Of a DNA stretch of 64,000 bases, positions 19,760 to 30,690 are shown piece after piece. A model generated the notes under the pieces. The model was given only the letters and a program-made list of their open reading frames with translations, searched no databases and was not told the DNA's origin. The DNA comes from an uncultured Neisseria sp. (lineage in GTDB: Bacteria > Pseudomonadota > Gammaproteobacteria > Burkholderiales > UBA11063). Each line of letters begins with the position of its first letter. The first letter of the stretch is position 1. The position numbers and the translations under genes are program-made. Location: contig CAZTBH010000007.1 of the NCBI GenBank assembly GCA_964611845.1, forward strand, positions 16,739-80,738. The letters run 5' to 3'.

Positions 19760-20391
19760 GTGAAAAAGTTAGGAAAAATAAGTCAATAAAAGCCTGGGTT
19801 ACACAACATGTTAATGATAGCTACGTAAACCAAGCACAAAAAGATGGCTTTCGTTCACGCGCTGCGTATAAGCTAATTGAGCTGGACGAGCAAGATCGAA
19901 TTTTTAATGGTGTTAACATTGTTGTTGATTTGGGATGTGCACCTGGAAGCTGGTCGCAAATTGCTTTAGCTAAGATTCCGTCAAATGGAATTGTCATTGG
20001 GGTTGATCTCCTTGAAATCCAGCCCTTGCCAGGACTTAAATTTATTCATGGTGATTTTACCGAGCAAACAACTTTGGATAGCTTGCTAGAAACGATAAAT
20101 CAGCGCCAGGTTGACCTAGTTATTTCTGATATGGCACCTAATTTATCTGGGATTAAACAAGTTGATCAAAGTCGTGAGGCTTATTTAGTTGAGTTGGTAT
20201 TTGATTTTGCCAAAGATCACCTAAAAGTTGGAGGGCATTGTTTGATTAAGGTTTTTCATGGCTATGAATTTGATAATCTGGTAAAACAAGCGCGTGAACT
20301 TTTTACACAAGTTGTTATTCGTAAGCCAAGTGCGTCACGCAGTAAGAGTAGTGAAACATACTTACTTTGCAAAGGTAAGAAGCTAGTATGA
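19756..20391 (+). CDS. rlmE: 23S rRNA Um2552 methyltransferase
   Basis: RSRAAYKL, DLGCAPGSWSQ, SDMAPN, SRSKSSE. Confidence 0.97.
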   Translation: MSEKVRKNKSIKAWVTQHVNDSYVNQAQKDGFRSRAAYKLIELDEQDRIFNGVNIVVDLGCAPGSWSQIALAKIPSNGIVIGVDLLEIQPLPGLKFIHGDFTEQTTLDSLLETINQRQVDLVISDMAPNLSGIKQVDQSREAYLVELVFDFAKDHLKVGGHCLIKVFHGYEFDNLVKQARELFTQVVIRKPSASRSKSSETYLLCKGKKLV

Positions 20392-20481
20392 TATAATAAC
20401 ATATCTTATTTTTTAAAAAACGTGAATGGTGCTGCTTAAACGAATAAGTAGGATTTTGATTTACAATTATTGGACTAATTT

Positions 20482-22335
20482 ATGCGAAATGGTAATTTAT
20501 TGAAAAGCCTATTGATCTGGTTATTAATAGGTCTTGGACTGATGGTGGTTTTTAATAAATTTAATGATACCCGCGATACCAAAAATACGGTACCTTACTC
20601 ACAGTTTATCGGTGAACTAGAGGGCGGACAGGTTAAAAGTATTGTTATCGAAGGTAACAATATGCAAAGTCAGTGGATTAATGGAGTAAGAAAAGATGAT
20701 AGTAAATTTACTACATTTGCGCCGTTTGATCCTCAGTTGGTAAATGATTTGATTAAAAATAAGGTTACTTTTCAAGCAAAACCTAAAGAAGAATCATTGT
20801 TAATGAATATATTCATTTCTTGGTTCCCAATGTTGTTGTTAATTGGAATATGGATTTACTTCATGAAAGGTGCCGCCGGTGGTAAAGGTGGCGGTGGAAT
20901 CGGTGGTGTGTTTGGTTTCGGTAAAAGCCGTGCTAAAATGATTGATAGCAAAGAGAATTTGATTCGTTTCAATGATGTGGCTGGTTGTGAAGAGTCCAAA
21001 CAGGAAGTCATGGAGATTGTCGATTATCTCAAAGATCCAACTAAATATCAAAATTTGGGTGGGCGAATTCCGAAAGGCGTTTTATTAAGTGGCTCTCCTG
21101 GTACGGGTAAAACTTTATTAGCCAAAGCTATTGCTGGTGAAGCAAGTGTTCCTTTTTTCAGTATTTCTGGTTCAGATTTTGTTGAAATGTTTGTCGGTGT
21201 TGGAGCTTCACGGGTGCGCGATTTATTTGAGCAAGCTAAGAAAAATGCGCCAGCGATCATTTTCATTGATGAGATTGATGCCGTTGGGCGTCAACGTGGT
21301 GCTGGTTTAGGTGGTGGAAACGACGAGCGTGAACAAACGTTAAATCAAATGTTGGTTGAGATGGATGGATTCGATACTAATACGACCGTAATTATTATTG
21401 CGGCAACCAATCGTCCTGATGTATTAGATCCTGCTTTAATGCGTCCTGGTCGTTTTGATCGCCAAGTTGTTGTGCCATTACCTGATATTAAGGGACGTGA
21501 ACAAATTTTAAATGTCCATATGCGTAAGGTGCCAGTTGCGAATGATGTTGAAGGTTCAATAATTGCTCGTGGAACACCAGGTTTCTCTGGTGCTGATTTA
21601 GCTAATTTAGTGAATGAAGCAGCTTTGTTCGCAGCTCGTCGTAATAAAAAATTAGTTGATATGCATGATTTTGAAGATGCTAAAGATAAAATTATTATGG
21701 GTGCTGAGCGTAAGTCTATGGTAATGAAGGATGATGAGAAGCGTAATACCGCATACCATGAATCAGGGCACGCGATTGTCGCAAGGTTATTACCAGGTAC
21801 TGATCCAGTTCACAAAGTTACTATTATTCCGCGTGGACGTGCATTAGGTGTAACAATGCAATTGCCGGAAGAAGACCGTTATTCGTACACGAAAGATTAT
21901 TTGATCAATCAAATTGCAATTTTATTTGGTGGTCGGGTAGCTGAGGAGATATTTATGAATCAGATGACTACCGGAGCAAGCAATGATTTTGAGCGCGCAA
22001 CTGACTTGGCTCGTAAAATTGTTACTCGTTTTGGTATGACGGATGAAATGGGGCCGGTAGTGTACGGTGAAAATGAGTCAGAGCTATTTTTAGGACGTAG
22101 TGTTACTTCAACTAAACACGTATCAGAAGCAACTATGCAAAAAATTGATGAAACAGTACGTGGTATTTTGGAAGATCAGTACAAAGTTGCGCGTAGGTTA
22201 TTAACTGATAATCGCGACAAAGTTGAGATGATGGCAAAAATGTTGTTGGAAATCGAAACTATTGATGCAAAAGATATTGAATATATCATGACACATGATG
22301 CAAATTCTTCTACAACCGTTGATAGCCTGATTTAA
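20482..22335 (+). CDS. ftsH: ATP-dependent zinc metalloprotease FtsH
   Basis: Two TMs, [26 protein letters not shown]. Confidence 0.98.
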   Translation: MRNGNLLKSLLIWLLIGLGLMVVFNKFNDTRDTKNTVPYSQFIGELEGGQVKSIVIEGNNMQSQWINGVRKDDSKFTTFAPFDPQLVNDLIKNKVTFQAKPKEESLLMNIFISWFPMLLLIGIWIYFMKGAAGGKGGGGIGGVFGFGKSRAKMIDSKENLIRFNDVAGCEESKQEVMEIVDYLKDPTKYQNLGGRIPKGVLLSGSPGTGKTLLAKAIAGEASVPFFSISGSDFVEMFVGVGASRVRDLFEQAKKNAPAIIFIDEIDAVGRQRGAGLGGGNDEREQTLNQMLVEMDGFDTNTTVIIIAATNRPDVLDPALMRPGRFDRQVVVPLPDIKGREQILNVHMRKVPVANDVEGSIIARGTPGFSGADLANLVNEAALFAARRNKKLVDMHDFEDAKDKIIMGAERKSMVMKDDEKRNTAYHESGHAIVARLLPGTDPVHKVTIIPRGRALGVTMQLPEEDRYSYTKDYLINQIAILFGGRVAEEIFMNQMTTGASNDFERATDLARKIVTRFGMTDEMGPVVYGENESELFLGRSVTSTKHVSEATMQKIDETVRGILEDQYKVARRLLTDNRDKVEMMAKMLLEIETIDAKDIEYIMTHDANSSTTVDSLI

Positions 22336-22359
22336 ATTAGATGATTATAAGGAAGCTGA

Positions 22360-23676
22360 ATGCGTAAATATTTTGGCACCGATGGCGTACGTGGCAAGGT
22401 TGGTACGTTTCCTATAACTCCAGACTTTGCATTACGATTAGGTTATGCGGCAGGTAAGATTCTTGCAGCTAAGAGCAAAAAACCTGCTGTTATTATTGGT
22501 AAAGACACACGTTTATCTGGTTATCTATTTGAGTCATCGCTAGAAGCTGGATTTGCCTATGCTGGAGTTGACGTGTATATGGCGGGACCTATTCCAACGC
22601 CAGCAATTGCTTATCTGACTAAAACTTTGCGTTTATCAGCTGGGGTTGTAATCAGTGCTTCACATAATTCATATTACGATAATGGAATTAAATTTTTCTC
22701 TGAACATGGTACTAAACTCGCCGATTCTGTTGAGTTGGAGATTGAGGCTATCTTAGATCAAGAAATGGAAATTGCCACTAAATTGGGCAAGGTTCGTCGT
22801 TTAAGTGATGCGCAAGGGCGCTATATCGAATTTTGTAAAAGTACATTTCCCAATAGCCTAGATCTTAAAGGATTAAAGATTGTTCTTGATTGTGCCAATG
22901 GTGCAAGTTACCATGTTGCACCGCATGTATTTGAAGAACTTGGGGCTGAAGTAATTAAACTTGGTTGTACGCCAGATGGAATCAATATCAATGATAATTG
23001 TGGTTCAACCTATCCCGAGACTATGGTTGAGGCAGTGCTTAAACATAAAGCGGACTATGGAATTGCTTTTGATGGTGATGGTGATAGAGTCGTTTTTAGC
23101 GATAGTAAAGGTAACTTGTTAAACGGCGATAAACTAATTTACTTAATTTTGAAATCTTATGAGGCATTAGGCAAGAAGCTCCCAGGAGTGGTTGGAACAG
23201 TGATGACCAATATGGGTATGGAAGTTGCTCTTAAGAATCAAGGTTATGAATTAGTGCGTGCTAAGGTTGGTGATCGCTACGTAGTTGAAGAGCTATTAAA
23301 GCGTGATTGGTTAGTTGGCGGTGAGGCTTCTGGGCATATACTTTGTTTGGATAAGCATACAACTGGTGATGGTATAATTGCAGCTTTACAGGTGTTAGCT
23401 GGCGTGGTAGTCTTAAAGCAAAGCTTAGAGCAGGTTGTTGACTGGGCTGATTATCCACAAACCATGATTAATATTCGATTGACAAATAAATCATTTGATT
23501 GGCAAAATGCAGCTAAGCAGGCTATATCTGAAGTTGAAGACGTACTTTCTAATGATGGACGTGTTGTTGTGCGTGCTAGTGGTACTGAGCCATTAGTACG
23601 GGTAATGGTAGAAGCTAGTAATGCAGATCTGGCTAAAACCTGTGCAGAAAAGATTGCAAGTACTATTAGAGGGTAA
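22360..23676 (+). CDS. glmM: Phosphoglucosamine mutase
   Basis: [35 protein letters not shown]. Confidence 0.97.
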   Translation: MRKYFGTDGVRGKVGTFPITPDFALRLGYAAGKILAAKSKKPAVIIGKDTRLSGYLFESSLEAGFAYAGVDVYMAGPIPTPAIAYLTKTLRLSAGVVISASHNSYYDNGIKFFSEHGTKLADSVELEIEAILDQEMEIATKLGKVRRLSDAQGRYIEFCKSTFPNSLDLKGLKIVLDCANGASYHVAPHVFEELGAEVIKLGCTPDGININDNCGSTYPETMVEAVLKHKADYGIAFDGDGDRVVFSDSKGNLLNGDKLIYLILKSYEALGKKLPGVVGTVMTNMGMEVALKNQGYELVRAKVGDRYVVEELLKRDWLVGGEASGHILCLDKHTTGDGIIAALQVLAGVVVLKQSLEQVVDWADYPQTMINIRLTNKSFDWQNAAKQAISEVEDVLSNDGRVVVRASGTEPLVRVMVEASNADLAKTCAEKIASTIRG

Positions 23677-23678
23677 TC

Positions 23679-24302
23679 ATGGAGATTTTGCAAGAGCTAG
23701 TGGTGTTTTTTTCCAATTATGGCTATATTGCAGTATTTCTGGTCTTGGTGGCCTGTGGTTTTGGTGTGCCAATTCCTGAAGATATCACTCTTGTTTCTGG
23801 TGGGGTTATTTGTGGTCTTGCATCAGGAGCTGTTAATGTCCATATGATGGTAATGATATCATTGTTTGGTGTTTTGATTGGTGATGGTGCAATGTTTATG
23901 CTTGGTCGCCTTTTAGGTCCCAAAGTAAAGAAACTACCTCTACTCAAACATGTTTTTACCGAAAAAATCTATAATCGTATGCAAGACAAGTGCCATCGTT
24001 ATGGTAATCGTATCTTGTTTGTTGCCAGATTCTTACCTGGGCTTCGAGCTCCGATTTTTATTACTGCTGGCATAAGTCGTAAGGTATCGTTATTGAAATT
24101 TTTAACTATGGATGGGGGCGCTGCTTTAATTAGTGTTCCAATTTGGGTTTATGCTGGTTATTATTTTGCACATGACCTAGATGAGTTAGTTGAATGGATT
24201 CATCATAGTGAAGTATTTGTTGCTGGGGCAGTTGTAGCGATAGCGGTGATTTGGTTGATATACTATGTTGTTGCAAAAAAGAACGTTAGGCGTATTAAAT
24301 AA
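23679..24302 (+). CDS. DedA family membrane protein
   Basis: GVPIPED, IGD..F.LGR, ARFLPGLR. Confidence 0.92.
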   Translation: MEILQELVVFFSNYGYIAVFLVLVACGFGVPIPEDITLVSGGVICGLASGAVNVHMMVMISLFGVLIGDGAMFMLGRLLGPKVKKLPLLKHVFTEKIYNRMQDKCHRYGNRILFVARFLPGLRAPIFITAGISRKVSLLKFLTMDGGAALISVPIWVYAGYYFAHDLDELVEWIHHSEVFVAGAVVAIAVIWLIYYVVAKKNVRRIK

Positions 24303-24312
24303 TGGTTAATAT

Positions 24313-24341
24313 TTGACTTTGATGTTTGAGTAGTATAAAAT
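24313..24341 (+). promoter_or_regulatory. Sigma70-like promoter
   Basis: TTGACT-17 nt-TAAAAT upstream of the second OMP gene. Confidence 0.55.
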
Positions 24342-24371
24342 CAAGTAATTTCAATTTAAGGATTATGCATC

Positions 24372-25169
24372 ATGCGTAAATTGCTTTTAAGTACGTTAAT
24401 ATTCTCGGCTGGTGGCATGGTTTATGCCGCAGATGCAAATGTCGCAGCTAATTCTGAATCTTCTGAATATAGTACGTTTCAGAAATTTGATCGCCAATAT
24501 AGTCTTGGTTATGGTGTTACTTCAGGGAATTTGACTAATGGTTCCAGTGGTGCGGTGAATAATAGCCAATACATTAACCTCGAGGTTGAGCGCTTGTTTA
24601 ACGTCGGTGTTTGGATGGATATAAATGCTAGCTTATTAACTTATTATTCTCAAAATGCTGATCCTGCGACTCCAGCAGTAGGAACTACAACAGGTTCACA
24701 GCCATCGTTTGGTGGTATTAATGCTAAGGTTGGTTATGCGTTTAGTTTATTACCTGAGCACTTACTCATTACTCCATATGGTTATTTGGGGCGTAATACT
24801 AACTTGTCATCATATACCTTAAGCGAGGCTGGTTCACAGACTAATTTGACTCAGGATTATTACTGGAGTTTTGGTGCTGGTGCTCGTTTAGAATATAGAA
24901 TTAATGATGTATTTGATGTCTATTTAGATCAAAATGGGGTTTATAATGCTAGCCAAGCGCCAGTTACACAAGGGTTTGCACCGAATGATTACTACTCATA
25001 TACTTCGACGTTAGGTGCTAAATTTAATGTTTATCGCAATTTACAGTTAGGTGCCCAAGCATTTTATAACAACTACTACTTTACCCAAAGCTTAGTTACA
25101 GCTAATGGAGTGGCTTTAGTGCCGCAAAGTTCGGTGGGTGGTCTAGTCTCTATTGGGCTGACATACTAA
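24372..25169 (+). CDS. Outer-membrane beta-barrel protein, paralog of 1528..2241
   Basis: Signal peptide (VYA-A), shared KVGYAF, (I/T)PY and EYR motifs, C-terminal aromatic residue (GLTY). Confidence 0.78.
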   Translation: MRKLLLSTLIFSAGGMVYAADANVAANSESSEYSTFQKFDRQYSLGYGVTSGNLTNGSSGAVNNSQYINLEVERLFNVGVWMDINASLLTYYSQNADPATPAVGTTTGSQPSFGGINAKVGYAFSLLPEHLLITPYGYLGRNTNLSSYTLSEAGSQTNLTQDYYWSFGAGARLEYRINDVFDVYLDQNGVYNASQAPVTQGFAPNDYYSYTSTLGAKFNVYRNLQLGAQAFYNNYYFTQSLVTANGVALVPQSSVGGLVSIGLTY

Positions 25170-25190
25170 TGATTTTTTAATATTAAATTG

Positions 25191-25214
25191 ACCAACCTTT
25201 GTGGTTGGTTTTTT
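25191..25214 (+). terminator. Intrinsic terminator
   Basis: accaacc-tttgt-ggttggt followed by a T-run. Confidence 0.7.
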
Positions 25215-25239
25215 ATTTGGTTATTTGAAGGCTATTTAG

Positions 25240-25890
25240 GTGCAAGTTTTATATCTCCATGGTTTTGCCTCTGGTCCTGATTCTGTAAAATCTAAATATT
25301 TTGCTAAAAAATTACAAGATGTTCGTATTAAATACCAAATTTTGGATTTAAACTTAGATGACTTTAGTACGTTAACGCCGACTAAAGCCTTAAAGTATAT
25401 AAAAAGTTTAATTAAAAATGAAGAAACTATCTTGATTGGCTCAAGTTTGGGAGGATTATACGGGTTAATTATTGCAGAGCAAGAGCAAATGGTTCGTAAG
25501 TTAATTCTTTTAGCTCCTGCACTGGAAATTAACTCTCTTTGGGATGACATTATTGGGGCGGATAATTTGAAGAAATGGAAAACGGAAGGTTCATTACCAA
25601 TTTATCACTATGGTTATGGGCAAATAATTCCGCTGGATTATTCATTTTTGGCTGATTTGGCAAAATATGAGGATCATGGGTTTTTACGTCAGATTCCTGC
25701 TCTCGTCTTTCACGGTATCAATGATATAACCATTCCCTATAGGGTTAGTCAGCGTTATGTAAATGGCAATGCTGCCGCAATATTTCATCAATTAGGTAGT
25801 AACCATTCACTAGAAGATAGCTTGGCTTATATCTGGCAACATTCAGTAAATTTTATTGGAGCGGTTTCAGGAAATCAAAACTTGATTTAA
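25240..25890 (+). CDS. YqiA/YcfP-like alpha/beta hydrolase (esterase)
   Basis: YLHGFAS, GSSLGG nucleophile elbow, HGIND, SNHSL. Confidence 0.88.
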   Translation: MQVLYLHGFASGPDSVKSKYFAKKLQDVRIKYQILDLNLDDFSTLTPTKALKYIKSLIKNEETILIGSSLGGLYGLIIAEQEQMVRKLILLAPALEINSLWDDIIGADNLKKWKTEGSLPIYHYGYGQIIPLDYSFLADLAKYEDHGFLRQIPALVFHGINDITIPYRVSQRYVNGNAAAIFHQLGSNHSLEDSLAYIWQHSVNFIGAVSGNQNLI

Positions 25891-28800
25891 AGTTTTTTAT
25901 AACTTGATTACTTATTTTTGTTTGTGTCATAGTAGGGCTTTCTACATTTCCTTGCACATGATAGCTGATCGCTAATGCCTTATTTATGGGATCTCCAATT
26001 AGTTTTTCTGCTAAATAAACAAAGCCACCAATGAATGGGTTAAGGGTAACAATTCCTGCTGTAGTAGCAATAGTTCCGCTTAGTCGTGGTGTTACTGTAA
26101 GGTAGGTATCAATAGTACTGCTGTCTAAATAATAATTTCCAAATGTGCTTACATCTGCAACTTCACCATGCAAATCCAGATTTTCAATTTTCAGATCATT
26201 ATGATTAAGATATAGATTAGTATCCAGATTTTTTACAGCAAACCCTTTCCCAAATAAGGTATTAAAATTAAAGTGATTTAGATTTGTAATGTTAATAGCA
26301 CTGAGGTTAATAACCCCCATCAATGCACCGAATAATCCAGGGTTAAGTTGAAGTAATTCACCATTTTGAATATTTAAATTTGCTCGACCAGTTAGGTTCT
26401 CAGGATTAAAGTCGGTTAAACCACCAGCCCAACTAACTCCTAAATCCAGTGTGCCATGCCCATTTCTATATACCCCCCCTTGGTTTAATTTAATCAAGAA
26501 TAAGCCAAAGTTGTCAATGTCTGAGTGAACATTTAATGCAACATAAGCATCACTTTCACTACAACCGAGGCAATGACTGGTCAAATTAAGCAAAGTAGTT
26601 GCAGATTTGTTGCTTAGCTTCATGTTTTCTAAAAATAATGAATCATTTTGCTGATAAATGGTTCCTGTTAAGTTCCCGGCATAGTGATTTTGTAAATATA
26701 ATTCTTCAATGTTTACATAGGTAATCGGCAAGTGAGGTACCGCTTTTGCGGCAAGTTCGGTAATTGAAGGCGACTCGCTATTGTCGATCTCAGATTCTAC
26801 TTCTTTTTGTGGAACTGGCTGTTGCTCAGGTTTGAAATTCTCAGTGGAGAACAATAGTCTTTGCAAATTTAAATAAAGCTTGTTTTCATCAAGAAGATAA
26901 TTTACATCACCGCTTATATCTGGGGTAGAAATTCGCGCAAATATTTGTGATGGGAAAATTAAAAAATTCGCGCTACCTTGATCCAGATTGTAGTTTTTGA
27001 TCCAAAAAGCATTACTGTTTATCTCAACTTGAATTGGAAATAAACGTGATTGTGCAAAAAGCTTTTCTTCTTCAGATTCTTCAAGATCATTATTTAATGA
27101 TATTGTACTTTCAACCTCCGTAAGTGCGGTAACTGATTCGCCTGAAATCATATTTTCTGATTCGTTGACATTACTAGTTGTAGATTCGATATTGTTATTT
27201 TCATCATTAGTTGAAAATTTGCTAATAAACTCTGCCCATTGTTCGCTATGAAGGTTATCTAATTGTGCTTTAACTACTATTGGAGCTTTAACACTATTGT
27301 CAACAGTAGTGAAATCATTTGTGCCAATACCTAAATCAAGGTGTTCTAAATTATAGTCTTTATCCAATTGTGCTTTAGCAAATACATTATCATTATAGTT
27401 TAGCGTAACTAATGTTTGGGGGGTGTTTAAATTAGTCAAAATTTGTAGTGGTGTTATCGCAGACTCGGCTTTACCTATTGGCACAGGAGCATCCAGACTA
27501 ACTCCTTGTAAATTACTGCTCAAGACTAAATTTTGATTTTTTAGATTAAACTTAGCGCTGGTTGCTGCATGCCCACTTAAAACTCGATTTAATTTGGGAG
27601 AGAAGGTTTTAGTTACATAACTATAGTCTAGGCTTTCTGATTTTAATTCAAACTCATTGCCATTAACTATATTGAGCTGAAGGTCTGAGTTTAATCCTTT
27701 AGCTTTAAGCTCGCTTTTTGCCAAACCACTTTGCGAAAAATTTACTGTTCCATTAATTTCTTCTATATTTAGTTGAGATTCTGCCATAAATGAGAGCTGA
27801 TTATTTTGCAAAATATACTGCCCAGTTAACTTAAGTTTTTCTGGAGCATCAAGTGGCAAATTTGATTTGAAATTAATTTGACTTTGTCCGTTTAAGTTTA
27901 CCTGATGTTTAATTGATTCAATTTGTGATTCGTACGGTGAATTAGCTAAATACTCCAAAAAATCTTCAGTGTCTCCTCCTAGAGAACCTTTAATATTTAA
28001 TATAAATTTTGCCGCAAGTATATTGGCTAAGCTAATGCTGGTTTTTCCAAGATGGATTTGATCCAAATTAGCACTGTCGATATTTGTTTGAATGGATTGA
28101 TTATGCGCCTTTATTGTACCCCGAATATTTGTTAGAGCATTCCACTTGGGTTGGAATTGATAATTTACGTGATTAAATTTACTATCAAGAATTAAAGTGC
28201 CACCTCCTGATTCAAATGGAAGTTTAGCAGGATCTCCATCTATGTTAATAGTGCTATCATAAAAACTTCCACCATTAAAACTACGTTTAATGTAATCTAC
28301 ATCAGACTTGCCTATATTTTTTGGTAGCAGTTTGTATATTTGGTTGATATCAAGCTGTACAAATTTTATTTGTGCTTTAAGTGAGCTTTCTATTGGAATA
28401 TACGTAGCATTTGCATTGAAGTTAATTCCATCACTTTGATATACTAATGTTGGCAAGGATACCCGCAAATGATTTTGTGATTCATGATCCCAATTAATTA
28501 CGGCAATCAGACTTTTAATATTCAATGCTTGCCAAAGATGTTTAGGATAGCTTAGCTGAGTATCTTGTAGTCTAAGTGCAACAGTACCACTGGATTCTCC
28601 AGCAACTATTCGCCCATTTAAATTATTAAAGCTAGGTATATTTGATTCTTTCGAATCAAGACCTATTTGTTCAAAATCAGTAACAAAGTTTAGTCCGCGA
28701 GGATGGTAAATTGTTCCATGCCAATCAAGGTGAATTGTTTTTAAATCGCCATGTGCATTTAACTTATCGCTAAACTTACTAAGTCGTATTAGGCTATTGA

Positions 28801-29848
28801 TACCCTCCAGTCCGACATTTTTAATTTCCAAATGTCCTCCTGAGTCAAGTGTAAAAGACCCATCAATTGAAGCGTGTTTAAACAGATAACCATACGGCGT
28901 CTTGGTCATTAGGTCAGATGCGTGTAATTGATATTTGTGCGGTGCTATTCGTTCCAATTTGATTTCACCACTAAAATCACTAATTGATTTAGTTTTACTA
29001 CCTGTTAATTTACTAACTTGTTGCTGATTGCTATCGAAAATTGTATTTATGTTACGAACACTACCATCTACAACATTGGCATTTAATTTAACTTGATAAC
29101 CTTTGTGACCTACGTTGTAAAGTTGTAGTTGCCCATAATTCCAGTCATGATAATCTGATATTTTTGTACCAGCAAAATTTAAATTCATTACCATTTTGCC
29201 ATTTGCGGGACTAGCTTTGATCGTCAAATTATGCTCATTACCTTGTCCATGTATTAATTGCAGTTTGATCTTATTAATATTAAATGATTCCATATGATGT
29301 TTGCTATCAATTAGGGACACATCAAGGTTATTTAACATGATATTTCGTTGGGCTAAGAGAATACTTTCCCAATCGGTTTTATTTGGCTTTGATGTTTTTA
29401 AATTAGTTAATACTTCATTATTTAGTAATAAATTATCATTCTTATCAAATTCAAATTTGAGCTGACTTCCATTAATCAGAATAGACTTAAATATCGGCTG
29501 GAACAGGAAAAGGCTACGATAAGACAGGGTCAAATTAAGCTGTTTAACCTGAATAAATGGCTTTTGCTGAGTATGATTTTTTAGGCTTAGATCTTTAAGA
29601 TCTAAATAAGGCGAACCGTCGCTATCAAATCCTGTGTTTAACGAGTTAAACTCGAGTTGATAAGTACTTTTATCTCTAATAATTTGTTTAATTTGTTTAG
29701 AGTAATTATTAAGATTCATAAATAAATAAAGCAGACTCCCGGAAATAATAGTACCGGATCCTAAGGTAACTGCCAAAGCTATCTTTAGCGTTAATAGCTT
29801 ATACCTAGGCTTAGTTTTTTGTTTATTTGAGGGAGGGATTTTTTTCAT
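25853..29848 (-). CDS. YhdP-like AsmA-family bridge protein, copy 2
   Basis: 1331 aa, same architecture as 9131..13129 (LSYRSL..QPIF, LPF..GG, C-terminal 'AGIVTLNPFIG..YHVQGNVESP'). Confidence 0.82.
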   Translation of the reverse strand: MKKIPPSNKQKTKPRYKLLTLKIALAVTLGSGTIISGSLLYLFMNLNNYSKQIKQIIRDKSTYQLEFNSLNTGFDSDGSPYLDLKDLSLKNHTQQKPFIQVKQLNLTLSYRSLFLFQPIFKSILINGSQLKFEFDKNDNLLLNNEVLTNLKTSKPNKTDWESILLAQRNIMLNNLDVSLIDSKHHMESFNINKIKLQLIHGQGNEHNLTIKASPANGKMVMNLNFAGTKISDYHDWNYGQLQLYNVGHKGYQVKLNANVVDGSVRNINTIFDSNQQQVSKLTGSKTKSISDFSGEIKLERIAPHKYQLHASDLMTKTPYGYLFKHASIDGSFTLDSGGHLEIKNVGLEGINSLIRLSKFSDKLNAHGDLKTIHLDWHGTIYHPRGLNFVTDFEQIGLDSKESNIPSFNNLNGRIVAGESSGTVALRLQDTQLSYPKHLWQALNIKSLIAVINWDHESQNHLRVSLPTLVYQSDGINFNANATYIPIESSLKAQIKFVQLDINQIYKLLPKNIGKSDVDYIKRSFNGGSFYDSTINIDGDPAKLPFESGGGTLILDSKFNHVNYQFQPKWNALTNIRGTIKAHNQSIQTNIDSANLDQIHLGKTSISLANILAAKFILNIKGSLGGDTEDFLEYLANSPYESQIESIKHQVNLNGQSQINFKSNLPLDAPEKLKLTGQYILQNNQLSFMAESQLNIEEINGTVNFSQSGLAKSELKAKGLNSDLQLNIVNGNEFELKSESLDYSYVTKTFSPKLNRVLSGHAATSAKFNLKNQNLVLSSNLQGVSLDAPVPIGKAESAITPLQILTNLNTPQTLVTLNYNDNVFAKAQLDKDYNLEHLDLGIGTNDFTTVDNSVKAPIVVKAQLDNLHSEQWAEFISKFSTNDENNNIESTTSNVNESENMISGESVTALTEVESTISLNNDLEESEEEKLFAQSRLFPIQVEINSNAFWIKNYNLDQGSANFLIFPSQIFARISTPDISGDVNYLLDENKLYLNLQRLLFSTENFKPEQQPVPQKEVESEIDNSESPSITELAAKAVPHLPITYVNIEELYLQNHYAGNLTGTIYQQNDSLFLENMKLSNKSATTLLNLTSHCLGCSESDAYVALNVHSDIDNFGLFLIKLNQGGVYRNGHGTLDLGVSWAGGLTDFNPENLTGRANLNIQNGELLQLNPGLFGALMGVINLSAINITNLNHFNFNTLFGKGFAVKNLDTNLYLNHNDLKIENLDLHGEVADVSTFGNYYLDSSTIDTYLTVTPRLSGTIATTAGIVTLNPFIGGFVYLAEKLIGDPINKALAISYHVQGNVESPTMTQTKISNQVIKNFKSSFDFLKPLQ

Positions 29849-29854
29849 CAGAAT

Positions 29855-30655
29855 CTATTTCAAGCGGTTATTTAACCAACTGCCTTGAGTGGGGTTTGGT
29901 AGCATAAAATATTTATAGCCAAAGTCATCAAACTGCTCATCATCCGTAGAGTAATCATGTGCCGTATTTTGTTTGAAGTTAGGGAAATCTTGAATATCGC
30001 TGCCAAAATATCCCATAATCGGTAGAGGGGGCAAGGTCTTAGTCGTAATTACATTTTCATAATCACCATTAATTACCGCGCTGAATCTTGGGTTTTTATT
30101 AGTATCTGATGCATGTGTTGCAAAGATGACACTGTCATAACAAATATGCTGCTGTTTTAAGTTCTCCTGCGTCCAGCTAATCATATTTAAGTTTTTATTA
30201 TTTATACTGCCATCACGATTAGTAATAATAATTACTCGCGCGCCTGCGTCTCTTAAATCACAACTAATTTCAGATGCACCAGGCAAAGCTGTGTAATAAT
30301 TTGTCGATTCCATGGCTTGATGGACATCCTCACTTGCATTTGAGCGCAAGGACATTTGAGTTGTCTTAGTTTTAGAATTATCTAATAATGTACCATCAAG
30401 AGCAAAAACAACAGCCCAAGCATGTGTTTTTAAGCCTGATTCTGCAACATTGTCCATTATTTGATCATAACCATTATTGAAAATCTGCGTATAAATAACT
30501 CTAGCTTCAGCTGAGCTGCGATACCATAGCAAGGCATCGTAGTTAGCATTGCTTTGCGGGAGATTAACGGTCTTATGCTCAAGAATTGCAGAGTCATCTG
30601 CAAAACTTAAACAAGGAATAATTAACCAAGCAAGGAGAAGGAGTTTTTTTATCAA
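29855..30655 (-). CDS. Class C acid phosphatase / e(P4)-like secreted protein, catalytic Asp missing
   Basis: WYRSSAEAR, AVVFALDGTLLDNS, ALPGA, ITNR, K..RF, FGSDIQDF, YFMLPNP..GSW. Confidence 0.8.
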   Translation of the reverse strand: MIKKLLLLAWLIIPCLSFADDSAILEHKTVNLPQSNANYDALLWYRSSAEARVIYTQIFNNGYDQIMDNVAESGLKTHAWAVVFALDGTLLDNSKTKTTQMSLRSNASEDVHQAMESTNYYTALPGASEISCDLRDAGARVIIITNRDGSINNKNLNMISWTQENLKQQHICYDSVIFATHASDTNKNPRFSAVINGDYENVITTKTLPPLPIMGYFGSDIQDFPNFKQNTAHDYSTDDEQFDDFGYKYFMLPNPTQGSWLNNRLK

Positions 30656-30690
30656 ATTATTAATAGCCCTAAAGTGATGTTGAGATGGTA

